NCBI GenBank assembly: GCA_903959665.1
Contig: CAJBXY010000125.1
Location: 1 to 38,324, forward strand
Length of the DNA: 38,324 nt
Reading direction: 5' to 3'
Source: an uncultured Solirubrobacterales bacterium
GTDB taxonomy: Bacteria; Actinomycetota; Thermoleophilia; Solirubrobacterales; Solirubrobacteraceae
The position numbers and the translations under genes are program-made. Positions 6,898 through 17,131 of the stretch are shown piece after piece. The notes below the pieces were generated by a model, which made no database searches, was not told the origin of the DNA, and saw only the letters and a list, made by a program, of their open reading frames with translations. Positions within the stretch are counted from its first letter, which is position 1. Each line of letters starts with the position of its first letter.

Positions 6898-9518
6898 GAA
6901 CCTTCCTCTTCGTCTGCTTCGGGCGGCTCGCTGGCCGAATCGTCGCTTGGCTCGGAAGACTCGGCCTGATCGCCGCTGTCATCGCCATCGTCTTCGTGAG
7001 TCTGCTCTGCGGCGCCGACAGCGGCCGGTACCTTGAGCGGCTCGATCACCGTCAATGTGACCTCTTCCTCGGAGCCTTCCGGAGCAACCTCTACCAGCAC
7101 CGTGCCGCCGGGCGTCAGCTCCGAGCGGAGCACGAAGTCGGCGAGTGGATCCTCGATGTAGCGCTGGATCGCGCGGCGCAGTGGCCTCGCCCCCATCGCC
7201 GGATCCCAACCCTTCTCGACCAGCAGATCTTTCGCCTCTTCGGTCAGCTCGAGTTGCAACTCGCGCTCGGCGAGCGTTGCGCGGATCCGCACCAGCAGCA
7301 GCTCGACGATCGTCTTGATCTGATCCTTCTGCAGCTTGTGGAAGACGATCACGTCGTCGATCCGGTTGAGGAACTCTGGGCGGAAGACCTTCTTCAGCTC
7401 GCCCATGATCCGGCCCTTCATGTCGTCGTAGCTGATCCCCGTCTCGTCTTCGGTGATCGCGAAACCAAGCGGCGTGTTCTGCGCGATCTCTTGAGCGCCG
7501 ATGTTGGAGGTCATGATCACGATTGCGTGACGGAAGTCGACGGTGCGGCCCTGCGAGTCGGTCAGGCGACCGTCCTCGAGGATCTGCAGCAGGATGTTGA
7601 ATACGTCGGGGTGAGCCTTCTCGATCTCGTCGAGCAGCAGCACGCAGTACGGCTTGCGGCGAACGGCCTCGGTGAGCTGGCCGCCCTCGTCGTAGCCGAT
7701 GTAGCCGGGAGGAGAGCCAACGAGCCTCGAGACGGCGTGCTTCTCCATGTACTCCGACATGTCGATCCGCGTCATCGCGTCTTCGTCGCCGAAGAGGAAC
7801 TGAGCCAAGGTGCGTGCCAGCTCGGTCTTGCCTACTCCCGACGGGCCGAGGAAGATGAACGAACCGGTTGGGCGCTTGGGATCCTTCAGCCCGGCGCGCG
7901 AACGGCGGATCGCCTTCGAGACGACCTCAACCGCAGCTTCCTGGCCAACTACGCGCTTGTGCAGCTCCTCTTCCATGCGGACGAGCTTGGCGGTCTCGGC
8001 TTCGGTCAACTTGAAGACAGGGATGCCGGTCCACATTGAGACGATGTCGGCGATCTCTTCCTCGCCGATCTTCGGCTTCGGACCTTCGCCCTCGCCGCTG
8101 CGCCACTCGTCTTCGAGCTCGCGCTTCTTCTGCGTTAGCTGGCGTTCGTCGTCGCGCAGGGCGGCGGCCTTCTCAAACTCTTGGTCTTCGATCGCGGCCT
8201 CTTTCTCGCGACGCGTGCGCTCGATGTCGTCCTCAAGCTCACGGTAAACGGGAGGAGCGGTCATCGTCTTAATCCGCATCCGCGAGGCGGCCTCATCTAC
8301 GAGGTCGATCGCCTTGTCGGGAAGCTGACGGTCGGAGATGTAGCGGTCGGCGAGCTCGCAGGCGGCGCGCAGAGCCTCATCGGTTATCTCAACCTTGTGG
8401 TGCTCCTCGTAACGATCCCGCAACCCTTCGAGGATCTGCACCGACTCCTCGATCGTTGGCTGGTCGACGACGATCTTCTGGAAACGACGCTCCAGCGCGC
8501 TGTCGCGCTCGAGGTACTTGCGGTACTCGTCGAGCGTCGTCGCGCCGATCGTCTGCAGCTCGCCGCGGGCGAGCGCAGGCTTGAGGATTGAAGCAGCGTC
8601 GATTGCGCCCTCGGCGGCGCCGGCGCCAACAAGGTTGTGGATCTCGTCGATGAAGAGAATGATGTCGCCGCGCTGGGTGATCTCCTTCATCACCTTCTTC
8701 AGCCGCTCCTCAAACTCGCCGCGGTACTTCGACCCAGCGACGAGCGCCGCGAGGTCAAGCGTGTAGATCTGCTTGTCGGCCAAGAGCGGCGGCACGTCGG
8801 AGTTGATGATCCGCTGCGCGAGCCCTTCGACGACGGCGGTCTTACCTACGCCCGGCTCGCCGATCAAGACCGGGTTGTTCTTCGTGCGGCGCGAAAGGAT
8901 CTGCATGATCCGCTCAATCTCGGTCTCGCGACCGACGACAGGATCCAGCTTGCCTTCAGAAGCCAGCCGCGTCAGGTTGCGGCCGAACTGGTCGAGCAGT
9001 TTCGATGACTTCTTGCCTTCACCTGAGCCGGAGCCGCTGGCGCCGGAGCTGCCCTCACCGGAGCTGCCCTGACGGCGGCCGCCGGGGCCTGAGAGCATGC
9101 GGATCACTTCGTTGCGGATCTTCTCCGAGTCGGCGTCAAAGTCGAGCAGGATGCGAGCTGCGACGCCCTCGTTCTCGCGCACCAAGCCGAGCAGGATGTG
9201 CTCTGTGCCAATGTAGTTGTGGCCGAGGCTGAGCGCCTCACGCAGAGCGAGCTCAAGAACCTTCTTCGCGCGCGGCGTAAACGGAATCTGACCTGAGGTG
9301 ACCTCTTCGCCGGAGCCGACGATGCGGACGACCTGCGCACGGACGCGCTCGGTCGTGATGTCGAGGCTCTCGAGCACGCGCGCGGCGAGCCCTTCCTCTT
9401 CGCGCAGCAGGCCGAGCAGGATGTGCTCGGTGCCGATGTAGTTGTGCTTCAGCGTGCGGGCTTCTTCCTGAGCTAGGACGACGACCTGGCGGGCGCGCTC
9501 TGTAAATCGCTCAAACAT
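6894..9518 (-). CDS. clpC: ATP-dependent Clp protease ATP-binding subunit ClpC
   Basis: An 874-aa ORF with duplicated Clp-N repeats, two Walker A sites ([16 protein letters not shown]) and a UVR motif ([12 protein letters not shown]). The SD GGAAGGA lies 9 nt upstream of the start. Confidence 0.95.
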   Translation of the reverse strand: MFERFTERARQVVVLAQEEARTLKHNYIGTEHILLGLLREEEGLAARVLESLDITTERVRAQVVRIVGSGEEVTSGQIPFTPRAKKVLELALREALSLGHNYIGTEHILLGLVRENEGVAARILLDFDADSEKIRNEVIRMLSGPGGRRQGSSGEGSSGASGSGSGEGKKSSKLLDQFGRNLTRLASEGKLDPVVGRETEIERIMQILSRRTKNNPVLIGEPGVGKTAVVEGLAQRIINSDVPPLLADKQIYTLDLAALVAGSKYRGEFEERLKKVMKEITQRGDIILFIDEIHNLVGAGAAEGAIDAASILKPALARGELQTIGATTLDEYRKYLERDSALERRFQKIVVDQPTIEESVQILEGLRDRYEEHHKVEITDEALRAACELADRYISDRQLPDKAIDLVDEAASRMRIKTMTAPPVYRELEDDIERTRREKEAAIEDQEFEKAAALRDDERQLTQKKRELEDEWRSGEGEGPKPKIGEEEIADIVSMWTGIPVFKLTEAETAKLVRMEEELHKRVVGQEAAVEVVSKAIRRSRAGLKDPKRPTGSFIFLGPSGVGKTELARTLAQFLFGDEDAMTRIDMSEYMEKHAVSRLVGSPPGYIGYDEGGQLTEAVRRKPYCVLLLDEIEKAHPDVFNILLQILEDGRLTDSQGRTVDFRHAIVIMTSNIGAQEIAQNTPLGFAITEDETGISYDDMKGRIMGELKKVFRPEFLNRIDDVIVFHKLQKDQIKTIVELLLVRIRATLAERELQLELTEEAKDLLVEKGWDPAMGARPLRRAIQRYIEDPLADFVLRSELTPGGTVLVEVAPEGSEEEVTLTVIEPLKVPAAVGAAEQTHEDDGDDSGDQAESSEPSDDSASEPPEADEEEGS

Positions 9519-9684
9519 CTTTGCGTGTCCTTCCTAAGAGGCTGGGTAGGTAGTCGGTTGAGGTGGTGGTCTAAGTTCTGACGCTGATCGTTTTCGGGGT
9601 CTCTGCAATTCCGCTCCTCACCCTACTTACCGGCCCTGACGGGCAGATCGATGAATGAGCGGTGAAGAAAAGCGGACATACCGC

Positions 9685-9690
9685 ATTCTA
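9685..9690 (-). promoter_or_regulatory. Candidate -10 box (TAGAAT) for clpC, implying a ~160-nt leader
   Basis: TAGAAT is read on the minus strand just downstream of a CCGGC/GCCGG hairpin (9702-9716) that follows the lysS stop. No convincing -35 element is present. Confidence 0.25.
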
Positions 9691-9727
9691 ACAGCGGCTA
9701 ACCGGCCCCGAGCCGGCGCAAAGGCGC

Positions 9728-11197
9728 TCAGTCACGCATTGCTGGGAAGAGCACAACCTCGCGGATCGAGTCGCGCCCGGTCATCAACATCACGAGCCGG
9801 TCGATCCCCAAACCGACGCCAGCGGTCGGCGGCATTCCCTGCTCGAGCGCCTGGACGAAAACCTCGTCGTAAGGCTGCGACTCCTCTTCGCCGGCCTCGG
9901 CGAGGCGGACTTGATCCTCAAAGCGGCGGCGCTGCTCGTCAGGATCGTTGAGCTCGCTGAAGGCGTTGGCGAACTCCATCCCGTTGCAGAACGCTTCAAA
10001 GCGTTCGACCAGTCCGGGCTGGCTGCGGTGCTCTTTGGCGAACGGTGAGAGAGCGGTCGGGTAGTCGGTGATGAAGACCGGGTTCGTGATCGCCGGCTCG
10101 ACGTACTTGCTGAGCAGATCATCAACCAGCGTCGGCCATGCGCGGTCCTCAACGTCGAGCTTCACTCTGTTGGAGGCGGTTATGGCTGCGACCAGCGCAT
10201 CGCGCTCGCTCGCTTCGGCAATGTCGATCCCGGTCGCGTCTTTGATCGCCTGCGCCATCGGGATTCGTGGCCACGGCGCTGAGAAATCGATCGGGCCGTC
10301 GTAGGCGATCGCCGAAGCAATCCCAGTCACGAGCTGCTCGACGCGATCCATTGCGTCGCCATAGTCGGCGTAAGCCTCGTACCACTCGACCATCGTGAAC
10401 TCGGGGTTGTGCTTCGTCGATAGCCCCTCGTTGCGGAAGTCCTTGCCGAGCTCATAGACGCGCTCAAGACCTCCGACGATGCAACGCTTGAGGTAGAGCT
10501 CGGTTGCGATCCGCAGGTAAAGGTCGCGGTCAAGCGTGTTGTGGTGGGTCACGAACGGCCGTGCGAGGGCGCCGCCGTAGAGCGGCTGGAGCACAGGTGT
10601 TTCGACCTCGATGAAGCCGTCGTCGTCGAGCGAACGGCGCAGCTCGGAGACGATCCTGGCGCGCGTGACGAAGAGCTCGCGCGCCTCCTCGTTGGCGATC
10701 AGATCCAGCTCGCGACGGCGGTAGCGCGTTTCAACGTCCTGCAGGCCGTGGTGCTTGTCGGGCGGTGGGCGCAGGCTCTTCGCCAGCAGCGTGAAGCCGG
10801 TCACGCGAAGCGTCAGCTCTCCACTGCGGCTGGAGAAGATTGTGCCGTCGATGCCAACCAGATCGCCGAGATCAAACTCGACCAGCTGCGCCATCGCCTC
10901 CTCGCCGAGCAGGTCGGCGCGCGCCTGCACCTGCATCCGGCCGCTGCGGTCGACGATGTCGAGGAAGGCCATCTTTCCCTGACCGCGGCGAGCGGCGAGC
11001 CGGCCGGCGATGCGATAGGCGTCGTCGCGCTCCTCTCCGGCCTCAAGCTGCTGCCATGGAGCTTGGGCCTCTGCGATCGCGATCACGCCGGGGAATTCGT
11101 GCGGGAACGGCTCGACGCCCTGTGCGCGGATTCGCTCCAGCTTCGCGCGCCGGGCAGCGAGCAGCTCGCTCGGTTGATCTGTCGGTTGGTCGCTCAC
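9728..11197 (-). CDS. lysS: Lysine--tRNA ligase (class II)
   Basis: A 489-aa ORF with an OB anticodon-binding N-domain and class II motifs ([14 protein letters not shown]). It uses a GTG start. Confidence 0.95.
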   Translation of the reverse strand: MSDQPTDQPSELLAARRAKLERIRAQGVEPFPHEFPGVIAIAEAQAPWQQLEAGEERDDAYRIAGRLAARRGQGKMAFLDIVDRSGRMQVQARADLLGEEAMAQLVEFDLGDLVGIDGTIFSSRSGELTLRVTGFTLLAKSLRPPPDKHHGLQDVETRYRRRELDLIANEEARELFVTRARIVSELRRSLDDDGFIEVETPVLQPLYGGALARPFVTHHNTLDRDLYLRIATELYLKRCIVGGLERVYELGKDFRNEGLSTKHNPEFTMVEWYEAYADYGDAMDRVEQLVTGIASAIAYDGPIDFSAPWPRIPMAQAIKDATGIDIAEASERDALVAAITASNRVKLDVEDRAWPTLVDDLLSKYVEPAITNPVFITDYPTALSPFAKEHRSQPGLVERFEAFCNGMEFANAFSELNDPDEQRRRFEDQVRLAEAGEEESQPYDEVFVQALEQGMPPTAGVGLGIDRLVMLMTGRDSIREVVLFPAMRD

Positions 11198-11217
11198 TAG
11201 AGCGCCATCATGACGGT

Positions 11218-11700
11218 TTAGAGACCGACGTCGATCTTCGTGATCTTCAGCTTGCGCGCAGCGCCCTTCGGAACCGGCACTGAAACGACCGCGTTGCGCT
11301 TCTGGCCGATCAGCGCGCGGCCAACCGGCGACTCGTTCGAAAGCATCATCTCGGCCGGGTTTGCTTCGGCTGAACCGACGATCGTGAACTTCTGCGTCTT
11401 GCCCGTCTTCTCGTCCTTGAGGTGAACCGCGCTACCAACCTGAACGACGTCCTTGGAGATCTTCTTCTTGTCGATCACCTGCGCGTCACGGAGCCGCTCT
11501 TCGAGCTGCGCGATCCGCGCTTCGAGCATCGACTGCTCGTTCTTGGCGTCGTCGTACTCGGAGTTCTCGGCGATCTCACCAAATTCGCGCGCATCGCGGA
11601 TCCGCTCGGCCACCTCGCGGCGACGATCGGTCTGCAGCGTTTCAAGTTCTTTCTGGAGGCGCTTTAGGCCGGCTGGAGTGAGAATTACTTCTTTAGTCAT
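11218..11700 (-). CDS. greA: Transcription elongation factor GreA
   Basis: A 160-aa ORF with an N-terminal coiled coil carrying the acidic tip (EFGEIAENSEYDDAK) and a C-terminal FKBP-like domain. Confidence 0.95.
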   Translation of the reverse strand: MTKEVILTPAGLKRLQKELETLQTDRRREVAERIRDAREFGEIAENSEYDDAKNEQSMLEARIAQLEERLRDAQVIDKKKISKDVVQVGSAVHLKDEKTGKTQKFTIVGSAEANPAEMMLSNESPVGRALIGQKRNAVVSVPVPKGAARKLKITKIDVGL

Positions 11701-11726
11701 CAGAATTCACTTTTTTGGAGTTGTTA

Positions 11727-11739
11727 CCAACGCCGTTGG
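11727..11739. promoter_or_regulatory. Perfect palindrome CCAACG-C-CGTTGG in the greA leader
   Basis: Read directly from the sequence, 27-39 nt upstream of the greA ATG. A TATACT box on the minus strand lies further upstream. Confidence 0.2.
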
Positions 11740-11821
11740 CGCTATCGGAACGCTTTAGGCGCAAGCGAAGCGGGCAGTATAGCGAGCGTTCGCGCAGCCC
11801 GATTATGGACTCTGCGGTCAA

Positions 11822-12850
11822 TTACGCAGTACTGCTAAGCGGTTCGAGCTGAGCCAGCATCGCGCGGACTTGATCGATCGAGTCGCTCTGCTGGAAGGCG
11901 ATCAGCGTTGGCTTGTCGAGCTCAAGCTGATCGAGGTACCAGGGATAAAAGGTGCGCAGATAGCGGGCCGCTCGCTCTTCGCCGAGGTGTTCGCTGGCGC
12001 GGTCGATGATCCACCTGAGCTCAGCGATGACCTCGTCGCGCGCCGGAGGCTCGGCGCGCAGGCCGAGCACGTTCTCGAACAGCCACGGGTTGCCGAGCGC
12101 GCCGCGAGCCAGCATTACCGCCGCCGCGCCGGTCTGCTCGCGCGCCGCAAGAGTGGCCTCGGTGTTGCTCATTCCGCCGGAGAGAATCACCGGCACCGGC
12201 AGCTCCTCTACGAGCTTGGCAGCAAGTTCGTAATCGGGTGAGCCTTTGTGCTTCACCTGCGCCGAGCGCGGGTGGAAGGCGATTGCCGCGACGCCGGCCT
12301 CGTCAACGAGCCGCAGCGCCAGCTGGTAACCGTCGGCTTCGCCGTTCTTCTGCCCTGAGCGAAGCTTGACCGTGACCGGCAGCCCGCTGCCCTCGCCGGC
12401 TGCGCGTGCGATCTCAACCGCGACGGCAGGGTCTGAGATCAATGCCGCCCCGGCTCCGTTCTTCATCACCTTGGGCACCGGGCAACCCATGTTGAGGTCG
12501 ATAATGTCGGCGCCATGCTCGGCCGCGGTCGCCGCCGCCGAGCGCATCACCTCAGGGTCCTGGCCAAAGAGCTGGAAGGCGATCGGGCCTGGGTACTCGC
12601 GCTCGTCGGGGTGGATTACGAGCAGGTCGCGCATCGTCTTCTCGTTGCGATGGTGGATCGCGAAGCTCGAGATCATCTCGCTGACGGTCAGGCCGGCGCC
12701 GAAACGTTTTGCCTGAAGACGAACAAACCAGTTGCCGATTCCAGCCAGCGGCGCAAGCACAACGCGGTTGGGGGCTTCAACGCCGCCAATTGAAAACGGC
12801 TCTGTTAGAGGTGGCGCGGTCATCGGCGCAAGCGTAGCTTCCGCGGCCAA
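11822..12850 (-). CDS. dus: tRNA-dihydrouridine synthase
   Basis: A 342-aa TIM-barrel flavoenzyme with motifs LAPLAGIGN, DLNMGCP and HPR. The start could instead be the internal Met at 12823. Confidence 0.9.
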   Translation of the reverse strand: MAAEATLAPMTAPPLTEPFSIGGVEAPNRVVLAPLAGIGNWFVRLQAKRFGAGLTVSEMISSFAIHHRNEKTMRDLLVIHPDEREYPGPIAFQLFGQDPEVMRSAAATAAEHGADIIDLNMGCPVPKVMKNGAGAALISDPAVAVEIARAAGEGSGLPVTVKLRSGQKNGEADGYQLALRLVDEAGVAAIAFHPRSAQVKHKGSPDYELAAKLVEELPVPVILSGGMSNTEATLAAREQTGAAAVMLARGALGNPWLFENVLGLRAEPPARDEVIAELRWIIDRASEHLGEERAARYLRTFYPWYLDQLELDKPTLIAFQQSDSIDQVRAMLAQLEPLSSTA

Positions 12851-13615
12851 TCAGCTATTGCGCTCGAAGAGGATTCGCAGCCCTTCGAGCGTCAGCAGAT
12901 CATCGATCTCATCGATCCGCTCCGTGAACGGCACGATGTGGTGGGCGAGGCCGCCGGTGGCAATCGTCGCCGTCTCTTCGCCCATCTCTTCGAGCAGCCG
13001 CGCGACGATCCCATCGACCATCGCTGCAAAGCCGTAGATCACGCCGGAGCGGATCGCCTCGATCGTCGATTTTCCGATCAGCGCGCGCGGCGGCTCAAGG
13101 TCGACTTTCGGCAGCTTCGCAGCGCGGCTAGCCAGCGCCTCGACCGAGATCTCAACGCCAGGGCTGATGATCCCGCCGAGATATTCTCCTTCGGCGGAAA
13201 CCGGGTCGTAGGTGATCGCAGTACCGAAGTCAACGACGATGCAGGCGCCTTGCGTGCGCTCGTAGGCGGCGACGGCGTTGACGAGGCGGTCGGCTCCGAT
13301 CTCGCGCGGGTTGTCGTAGCGAAGCGGCATTCCGGTCTTGAAGCCGGGGCCGACGACGAGCATCTCGTGGCCGAGGTAGCGGTCGGCCATCTCAAGCCAC
13401 TGCGGCCCGAGCTGCGGAACGGTTGAGGAGACGATCGATGAACCGATCTGCTCAAGCTCGACGCCGCGCAGTTCAACGAGGTTGCGCAGCGCGGCACCGA
13501 TCTCATCGGCGGTTGAGTCGCGAACCGTCGCAAAGCGCCAATGCTCGACCAGCTCGCCACCCTCATAGGTGCCGAAGTGGGTCTGCGTGTTGCCAACGTC
13601 AACTACGAGCAGCAT
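12851..13615 (-). CDS. coaX: Type III pantothenate kinase
   Basis: A 254-aa ORF with the N-terminal LLVVDVGNTQTHFG motif and ASKHA-fold motifs (GADR, VDFGTA, GG). Confidence 0.9.
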   Translation of the reverse strand: MLLVVDVGNTQTHFGTYEGGELVEHWRFATVRDSTADEIGAALRNLVELRGVELEQIGSSIVSSTVPQLGPQWLEMADRYLGHEMLVVGPGFKTGMPLRYDNPREIGADRLVNAVAAYERTQGACIVVDFGTAITYDPVSAEGEYLGGIISPGVEISVEALASRAAKLPKVDLEPPRALIGKSTIEAIRSGVIYGFAAMVDGIVARLLEEMGEETATIATGGLAHHIVPFTERIDEIDDLLTLEGLRILFERNS

Positions 13616-13624
13616 CGTGCCAGC

Positions 13625-14053
13625 TTATGGCGCTGGCGGGAACTGCTGTGAAGCGTCGCCTGCAGCGGCCTCCGGCTTGATCGCCAGCAGCTGCTGGCGC
13701 TGGAGGTAGGCAATCTCACGGTTGGTCTCAAGGATGCGGAAGATCGCAAGCAGAACCTCAAGCACGATGCGCCCGTAGATGATCGTCAGCAGCGCGACGA
13801 GCGTGCCGCCGATAACGGCGATCAGCACCCCGGTGATCGAACCGGCGATGATCGAAGAGACGATCGTTATCACCAGCCCAATGCCGACAACAACGATCAA
13901 AAGGATGTAAAGGCCCTTTATTACGCGGGTCGTCAGAAGGCGCGTGAAGCTCAGGTCGAAGAGCGTCGAGAAGAAGCCATCGCGGGAGCTTGGGATTACC
14001 GGCGGAACACTCATAGCCGCAACGGTAGCGGGCTGGGCGGATTCGCGGCGCAT
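13625..14053 (-). CDS. DUF4282-like membrane protein
   Basis: A 142-aa ORF with the FFSTLFDLSFTRLLTTRVIKGLYIL motif followed by two hydrophobic helices. Strong GC3 bias. An alternative start lies at 14014. Confidence 0.6.
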   Translation of the reverse strand: MRRESAQPATVAAMSVPPVIPSSRDGFFSTLFDLSFTRLLTTRVIKGLYILLIVVVGIGLVITIVSSIIAGSITGVLIAVIGGTLVALLTIIYGRIVLEVLLAIFRILETNREIAYLQRQQLLAIKPEAAAGDASQQFPPAP

Positions 14054-14074
14054 GAACGGGTACTGTCCAGCCTG

Positions 14075-14815
14075 ATGAAGATCAGACTATTTGTCGTTGG
14101 CGGCTCCCACCCTTGCGCAACGGTTGAGAGAGCGCTTGAGATCAAAGGCCTTCCATACTCGGTAGTTGAGTTCCCGCCGCCGATGCACATGGGCGCGATG
14201 AAGCTGCTCTTCGGCAAGCGAACGGTGCCGGGAATTCAGATCGACGGCGAGAAGATCAGCGGCTCACGCGAAATCCTCGCCAAGCTCGATCAACTCGTTC
14301 CCAACCCTCCCCTCTTCCCTGCCGACGGCGCCCAGCGCGCCGCCGTGATTGAGGCCGAGGCTTGGGGCGACGAGGTGCTCCAGCCGCTCGTTCGACGCCT
14401 TCTCTGGCCAAGCTTCAAAGCTCACCCCGAGGTGATGGCCAACTACTCGGCCGGGTCGAAGCTACCGCCGATTCCGGTTCCGGTTCTGAAGCTGATCGCC
14501 CCTGGCGTGACGACGCTCGAGATGCGCGCCAACCGCGCAACCGACGCGACCTACGCCGACGACATCCGCACACTGCCAATTCTGCTTGACCGGATCGACG
14601 GCTGGATCGCCGACGGAGTGATGGGAGGCGAAGAGTTCAACGTCGCCGACCTGCAGATCGCTGCCAGCCTGCGGCTGCTGATGACCTTCGCCGACTTCAG
14701 CGAGATCTTTGCCGGCCGCCCCTGCGCCGAGCTGGCGCTGCGCTGCTTCCCCGAAGCGCCAGGGCACGCGCCGGTCGGCACGATCCCTGCTGAGCTGCTG
14801 GCAAACCCCGCTTAG
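14075..14815 (+). CDS. Glutathione S-transferase / glutaredoxin-2-like thioredoxin-fold protein
   Basis: A 246-aa ORF with an N-terminal thioredoxin-like beta-alpha-beta (KIRLFVVGGSHPCATVERALEIKGLPY, VPGIQIDGEKISGS) and a helical C-domain. It is the only plus-strand gene between the two long minus arrays. Confidence 0.6.
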   Translation: MKIRLFVVGGSHPCATVERALEIKGLPYSVVEFPPPMHMGAMKLLFGKRTVPGIQIDGEKISGSREILAKLDQLVPNPPLFPADGAQRAAVIEAEAWGDEVLQPLVRRLLWPSFKAHPEVMANYSAGSKLPPIPVPVLKLIAPGVTTLEMRANRATDATYADDIRTLPILLDRIDGWIADGVMGGEEFNVADLQIAASLRLLMTFADFSEIFAGRPCAELALRCFPEAPGHAPVGTIPAELLANPA

Positions 14816-15774
14816 CTGGGCTGCGGACCGGCGGCGTCACGTCGATCGGCGAGGATCGAAAGCGTAATTCCGGCTGCAAAGAGGCCGATCACGAGCGCCA
14901 AACTGACCGGCGCCGAAGCCTTGTAGACGTCTTGGATCAGCAGCTTCAGCGCAACCACTCCGAGCACAATTGCGACCGTCTGGTTGAGATAGCGGAAGCG
15001 TTTGATCAAATCCTCGACCAGCGAGAAGAGCGCGCGCAGGCCGAGTAGAGCAAAGCCGTTGGCGGCCCAGATCACGAGCGGATCCTCGGTGATCGCGAAG
15101 GCCGCCGGAATTGAATCGAGCGCAAAGGCGATGTCAGCGGCGACAACGCTGACAAGCGCCAGCGCCAGCGGCGTCAATACGCGGCGCTTATCAACGATCG
15201 TTGAGAAGCGCGAGCCGTGGTAGTCGCCGATCGGGTAGAAGCGCCGAATCAGGCGCACCAGCGGCGAATGGTCTGGGTCGACGTGGTCGGCCGCCCCCTT
15301 ATACATTCGCCAGGCGAGCACCAGCAGCAGCGCGCCGAGGATGTAGGTGACGATGTGAAAGCGCTCGATCAGCTCGACGCCGACGACAATCGCCACGCCG
15401 CGCATCGCCAGCGCCAGAATGATGCCCCAGAAGAGCAGAATCCCGCGCTGGGCGGCAGGGACGGCAAAGTAACCGAAGATCAGCAGGAAGACAACGAGGT
15501 TGTCGAGCGAGAGTGTGCGCTCGATCAAGTAAACGGTGACGTAGTTGACGCCGTCGGCGGTGCTCGAGAGCAGGATCACGGGGATCGTCGCCAGCAGCCC
15601 GACGATCAACCAGCCGATGCTCCAGACGATTGCCTCTTTGCGCGTCGGCTGACGGCCGCGCGCGAAGACCAGCAGATCAACGAGCAGCAATGCGCCGACG
15701 ATCAAGACGATGACGCCGATCGCTATTGGGTTGGTGCCAAGGGCCGCGAGCGGAGCAGTGATCAACATCGTCAA
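14812..15774 (-). CDS. TerC-family integral membrane protein
   Basis: A 320-aa polytopic ORF with paired TerC motifs (ERTLSLDNLVVF and AFALDSIPAAFAIT). Confidence 0.85.
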   Translation of the reverse strand: MTMLITAPLAALGTNPIAIGVIVLIVGALLLVDLLVFARGRQPTRKEAIVWSIGWLIVGLLATIPVILLSSTADGVNYVTVYLIERTLSLDNLVVFLLIFGYFAVPAAQRGILLFWGIILALAMRGVAIVVGVELIERFHIVTYILGALLLVLAWRMYKGAADHVDPDHSPLVRLIRRFYPIGDYHGSRFSTIVDKRRVLTPLALALVSVVAADIAFALDSIPAAFAITEDPLVIWAANGFALLGLRALFSLVEDLIKRFRYLNQTVAIVLGVVALKLLIQDVYKASAPVSLALVIGLFAAGITLSILADRRDAAGPQPS

Positions 15775-15800
15775 GGCGCAGTCTGACAGCCTTGAAAAAG

Positions 15801-16322
15801 TTACTGCGCCGGAATCGTCAAGGCGGCGCCTTCACGTGTTACCGCTTCGTCAAAACCGAGTGCGACGAGCGCCTCCGAGAGCGGTGAGCCGTCGGGGGCT
15901 CGCAGATCGAAATCTAGCTCCAGTAGCGGGATCAGGACGAAGCGGCGCGAACTAGTTTCGGCGTGTGGCAGCGTCAGCCGCTCGCTCTCGTAGACGAGAT
16001 CTCCCAGCAGTAGAAGGTCAACGTCGATCGGGCGCGGCCCGTGGCGGACGCCGCCCTCAAGGTCGCGACCGAGCGCCGCTTCGATCCCTTTGCAGGCGTC
16101 GAGCAGCTCTTCGGGACCAAGCTCGGTGCCGATACGCACGCAGGCGTTGAGGAACGAGGGCTGATCTAGCACGAGGCCAACCGGCTCGGTGTCATAGGTC
16201 GATGAGGAGGCCAGCACCGAGATGCCACGGCCAGGCATCGCGTCTACGGCGGCCTGGAGATTCTCGCGGCGACCGCCAACGTTGGAACCGAGGCCGAGAT
16301 AGCCGGTCTGCGCCGCCGCCAT
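15801..16322 (-). CDS. folK: 2-amino-4-hydroxy-6-hydroxymethyldihydropteridine diphosphokinase
   Basis: A 173-aa ORF with motifs YLGLGSN, STYDTEPVG, RPIDVDLL and PHAETSSRRFVLIPL. Confidence 0.9.
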   Translation of the reverse strand: MAAAQTGYLGLGSNVGGRRENLQAAVDAMPGRGISVLASSSTYDTEPVGLVLDQPSFLNACVRIGTELGPEELLDACKGIEAALGRDLEGGVRHGPRPIDVDLLLLGDLVYESERLTLPHAETSSRRFVLIPLLELDFDLRAPDGSPLSEALVALGFDEAVTREGAALTIPAQ

Positions 16323-16324
16323 CG

Positions 16325-17131
16325 CTACTTCGGCTCTACCAGCAACGCCAACTGACGGCTATGGGCAAGCAGCCTGCCGTCGGCCGACCAGATCTCGCCG
16401 TCCTCTTCGACGAAACCCTCGATCGCCGTGCTGCAGCGAAACACTCCGAGCACCGACTGCGAAGCGTCGATCTCGAGCGCGGCGTGCGGGTCACGGAAGT
16501 GAATTGTTAGGTCAACGGTTGGCGCGCCAACCGGCTCGGTAAGACGCGTGAAGACAGCCGGCAGCCAAGCGTCGCAGTAAAGCGCAAGCGCCGCCGAATC
16601 GAGCCTCTGCGGCTCGTTCAGCCGCATCCAGCCGCCGCTGATCGCCTCGTCGGAGCCGCTGAACGGCAGCGCGCCAAGAGCCGGCCGCATCACAACCTGG
16701 CGCGCGATCGGTGGCATCTGCTCAATAACCGGGATCGGCTCAATCTGATCGGCGGCGCCGACCTTCGGCATCTGCGCGACGAACGGCCGCTTGTCGGAGA
16801 ATTGGCCGGCGAAGGCGCCGAGCGCCAGCAGACAGCACTTGCCGTCCTGCTCGAGCCGCGCGCTGAGCGTCGTCAGCGTCCGCCCCGAGCGCTCAACCTT
16901 GACCTCAATCTGCATCGGGCCGGCAACCGGCGGGCTTAAGTAGTGGAGCGTGATCGAGCGCGCTTCACGCTCGTTGTCGCCGAGCTCGGCGGCCATCGCA
17001 CGAATCATTATCGCCGCCAGGTAGCCGCCGTTGGGGCCGCGCGGCGCCGACCAATCTACGTCGCAGAGCGCGCTGAAGCGGCCGTCACCGAGCGGCTCGA
17101 CCGCGGTTGCCAGTTCAAACGGAGTGCTCAT
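16325..17131 (-). CDS. Acyl-CoA thioesterase-like double-hotdog protein
   Basis: About 268 aa from the ATG at 17131, which forms an ATGA overlap with the folB stop. N-terminal GPNGGYLAAI and C-terminal TVDLTIHF / GRLLAHSRQ motifs are typical of the TesB-like thioesterase family. Its stop lies 2 nt from the folK ATG. Confidence 0.7.
   Translation of the reverse strand: MSTPFELATAVEPLGDGRFSALCDVDWSAPRGPNGGYLAAIMIRAMAAELGDNEREARSITLHYLSPPVAGPMQIEVKVERSGRTLTTLSARLEQDGKCCLLALGAFAGQFSDKRPFVAQMPKVGAADQIEPIPVIEQMPPIARQVVMRPALGALPFSGSDEAISGGWMRLNEPQRLDSAALALYCDAWLPAVFTRLTEPVGAPTVDLTIHFRDPHAALEIDASQSVLGVFRCSTAIEGFVEEDGEIWSADGRLLAHSRQLALLVEPK

Noticed and set aside
9519-9727. A possible lsr2-like small gene or a 19-codon uORF (ATG at 9686) in the lysS-clpC gap.
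   Set aside because: No ORF of Lsr2 size is present. The short ORF overlaps the candidate -10 box and has no SD. The gap is better explained as the lysS terminator hairpin plus the clpC promoter and leader.
15775-15800. A possible Mn2+ (yybP-ykoY) riboswitch upstream of the TerC-family gene.
   Set aside because: Only 26 nt separate the folK stop from the TerC start, which leaves no room for the ~100-nt element. TerC appears to be co-transcribed with the fol genes.
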